From: the human T2T-CHM13v2.0 reference genome, Homo sapiens
Reading direction: 5' to 3' (one strand)
Length of the DNA stretch: 64,000 nt
Assembly (NCBI RefSeq): GCF_009914755.1
Contig: NC_060929.1
In this document: positions 62,245-64,000 of the stretch, one piece after another
How positions within the stretch are numbered: position 1 is the stretch's first letter
How the letters are laid out: the number at the start of each line of letters is the position of its first letter
The notes under the pieces: generated by a model
Seen by the model: the letters and a program-made list of their open reading frames with translations, nothing else
What the model was told of the DNA's origin: nothing
Databases searched by the model: none
Translations under genes and position numbers: made by a program

Positions 62245-64000
62245 GACATCTGCAAAGACCATTATTAATAATTGCTGTGGCAGGCAGGAAGGAAATAGAG
62301 TCAGGTAGGTAGTTCAGTCAGAGAGGCCTCAAATATCTGTTAACCAAGTTGAGAAACACAGGAGACATGAAAAAGTCAGACTTGTTTCTGGTAAGAAGTT
62401 TTGAAGATTCAAAAGCTCAAGTTTTACAGAAGGAGAGTAAAATTACAAAAACATTAGAAAGAATGAATGGTAAATTGCAATCCATGACCAGGTGAATGGA
62501 AGAAGCAGAAAACATCTGGATACAATGTGACAGTGAAGAAGAAATGAGGTTCTTAAGTTGGGTGATGATAAAACTCAATTATTACAACAATTATTCCCCT
62601 ATTTATAATAATGCAAGGAGAAAGAAGAAAGAATAGAAAAATAATTTTAAAAATAACCACAACAATTATCTTAATCAAATTCACCAATCCTCTTAATTGA
62701 ATAGAGATAGAATTATTATTGGAAAGGCTAACATGAAGCCTAAGAAGACTGATTTAAACAAGGATACTCCTAAATAAGTTAAGTCAAGGTTTCAAAAATA
62801 TAATCCAGAAAACCCCATTTTAGTTCTTTGCTTCTATGATTTAGACGAGTCATAATGTTTCTAGATCTTGAAACACTCATATTTATTTTTTTAAAGCATG
62901 GTTTCCAGAATTTAAAAGCAAATGAATAAAACATGAACAAGTAAGAGCGCAGTCTCAGATATGGCCCTCAACTAAAATGATGTTCATAGCCAAAGGATGG
63001 TTTATAGCCTTTAAAAAACCAAAGGATCTACATTATACAGACTTAATCTTAGATTTTTGGTCTTTGCAGCATAGTTAGGTGGACATTTAAAATGAGTGGA
63101 ACTTTTAAAAACTTATCAATTAAAAAATAGAGCAAAAAAGATATAAAGGAATGAAAGGGAAGCTTATTAGCTTTGATAATTTCATTAGTTCCTCCAGTGT
63201 GAGGAAGGAGTATAATTTTATGTTTGTTTTATAGACAAGTGGGGAGCAGAGGGAGAAGTGGATAAGAAAATCAAAATGTTTAATACATTGTGTGACTACT
63301 AATCTCTTCACCTTTATTTCACATCATTCTTGTCTCATCATGGTCCACACTTCATTGCTTATCTTTTATTCTTTAATAATAGTTTACTAATTCTTTAGAG
63401 TGACAAATATAAGCATAAATATGCTATAAGTTAAAAGAAATTTCTTTACAAAACTAAAATATTTGTTTAAAAAAATACCAGATAGTGCAGACTGGTCGCA
63501 AGATGAGTGTTAGATAAAAAGTTATTAATGATAACATTTACATAGTTAAACACAAAACAGGATTCTAGAAGAAGAAACGTATAACTACTTTAAAGTGCAA
63601 GTATAAATTCCTCTATGAACTTGGGCAAGAAATATAATTAGTCAAAATATATGATAATGCCCATAGATTATTGTAGCCAGAAATAGAAACCATGTGACAA
63701 ATACTAGAATGACAGCAATCAAATAGGAACTTTGTTTCATATTTAAGATACATTTAGGTATCTTTTTTCAATAGTGGAGAACATTCAGGAGGATATTATG
63801 AACGTGCATAATGAAATAATAAAGCTTTTTCAAAACACTTGTGATGATGCATAAAAATTTAAGAAAATCAAATAAACATTGCAAGCAGCAAAATATACAG
63901 TATTATAAACTATAAATACAACTATAAATGCATAGTTCAATAGTGATTACTAATAAATTACAAAGAAGTAGAAATAGTAGATATGGAAGATTTGTGGACA

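Noticed and set aside
62240-64000. A-rich stretch possibly coding or a further CWC27 exon
   Set aside because: No open frame continuing the cyclophilin domain; it looks like highly decayed old L1-type sequence that I cannot classify.

Overview
AT-rich, repeat-dense primate genomic DNA, recognisable as the human chr5q12.3 locus SHISAL2B(FAM159B)-SREK1IP1-CWC27. The window holds: the 5' end of a young L1 (L1HS/L1PA2-like, minus strand) inside the last SHISAL2B intron; the last coding exon of SHISAL2B (+); the complete 5-exon SREK1IP1 gene (-; 13+48+144+73+190 = 468 nt, 155 aa, all GT-AG) with a probable ~6 kb 3' UTR ending tail-to-tail with SHISAL2B; a CpG-rich bidirectional promoter; and the first two coding exons of CWC27 (+). 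The rest is Alu, L1, L2, MIR, ERV1 solo LTRs and DNA-transposon fossils. No prokaryotic-type system or CRISPR array is present, and nearly all ORF-track entries are repeat-derived noise. The best leads are: (1) the L1 antisense promoter/ORF0 splice donor is in frame with the SHISAL2B last exon, predicting a 79-aa ORF0-SHISAL2B fusion that bypasses a frameshift in this ORF0 copy; (2) a perfect TISU/YY1 element that opens a 12-aa uORF upstream of CWC27; (3) an overlapping bidirectional poly(A) signal; (4) 5S and Y3 retrocopies in sense in the SREK1IP1 3' UTR; (5) a ~270-bp locally templated insertion that splits a MER30. Repeat subfamily names come from recall of consensus sequences, and repeat boundaries are approximate.
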